Source of the DNA: a virus
UHGV virus genome: UHGV-0154679
Length of the DNA: 40,171 nt
Direction: 5' to 3' (one strand)
Positions 40,017 to 40,171 of the stretch are shown in pieces (the stretch's first letter is position 1; every line of letters starts with the position of its first letter). The notes under the pieces were generated by a model. It did no database searches and was not told the origin of the DNA. It worked only from the letters and a program-made list of their open reading frames with translations. The translations under genes were made by a program, and so were the position numbers.

Positions 40017-40171
40017 GGCTCAGCATTGCCCGTTGGCGTGCCCGTTCCGTGGCCCTTAGAAACACCACCAACGGGCTGGCTGAAATGCAATGGTGCAGCA
40101 TTTTCTTCTGAAATGTATCCCAAACTGGCAAAAGCCTACCCCACCAATAAATTACCGGATTTACGGGGAGA
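39999..40171 (+). CDS. Promoterless 5' part of a tail-fibre variable segment (Sv'-like), continues beyond window
   Basis: Open frame without start codon from the cix-like site to the window end; translation ...PVGVPVPWPLETPPTGWLKCNGAAFSSEMYPKLAKAYPTNKLPDLRG resembles the P2 H / Mu S / P1 S variable-region junction. Confidence 0.5.

Overview
This window is about 40 kb of a P1-like temperate phage-plasmid, in the same orientation as the P1 map. Hallmarks read directly from the sequence: a canonical 34-bp loxP (12893-12926) followed by a Cre ORF, the C1 repressor and Coi on the minus strand, pacA/pacB with the 4+3 TGATCA hexamer pac site inside pacA, lpa, phd-doc, humD behind a CTGT-N8-ACAG LexA box, hot, ssb, the SAR endolysin lyz, portal/protease, the 2246-aa DarB and the darA antirestriction/lysis operon, and a Cin invertase next to a cix-like site with a promoterless tail-fibre Sv' segment at the right edge. 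Most interesting is the mat-lxc interval, where canonical P1 carries res-mod (EcoP1I) and IS1: here it holds one AT-rich 434-aa ORF with SIR2-like motifs (GTGFS, TTNYD, HVHGS) and an unassigned Trp/Tyr-rich C-terminal domain, with no partner gene. That is a candidate stand-alone NADase-type defence gene in the variable defence slot. Other notable features are an intact 820-bp IS26 with a perfect 8-bp target duplication 33 bp upstream of hot, a PacB paralogue with degenerate Walker A/B motifs and no nuclease domain, a terminator hairpin in the ref leader, and a set of C1 operator-like 17-mers. All gene names are assigned from memory of P1 proteins and motifs; no database search was run.
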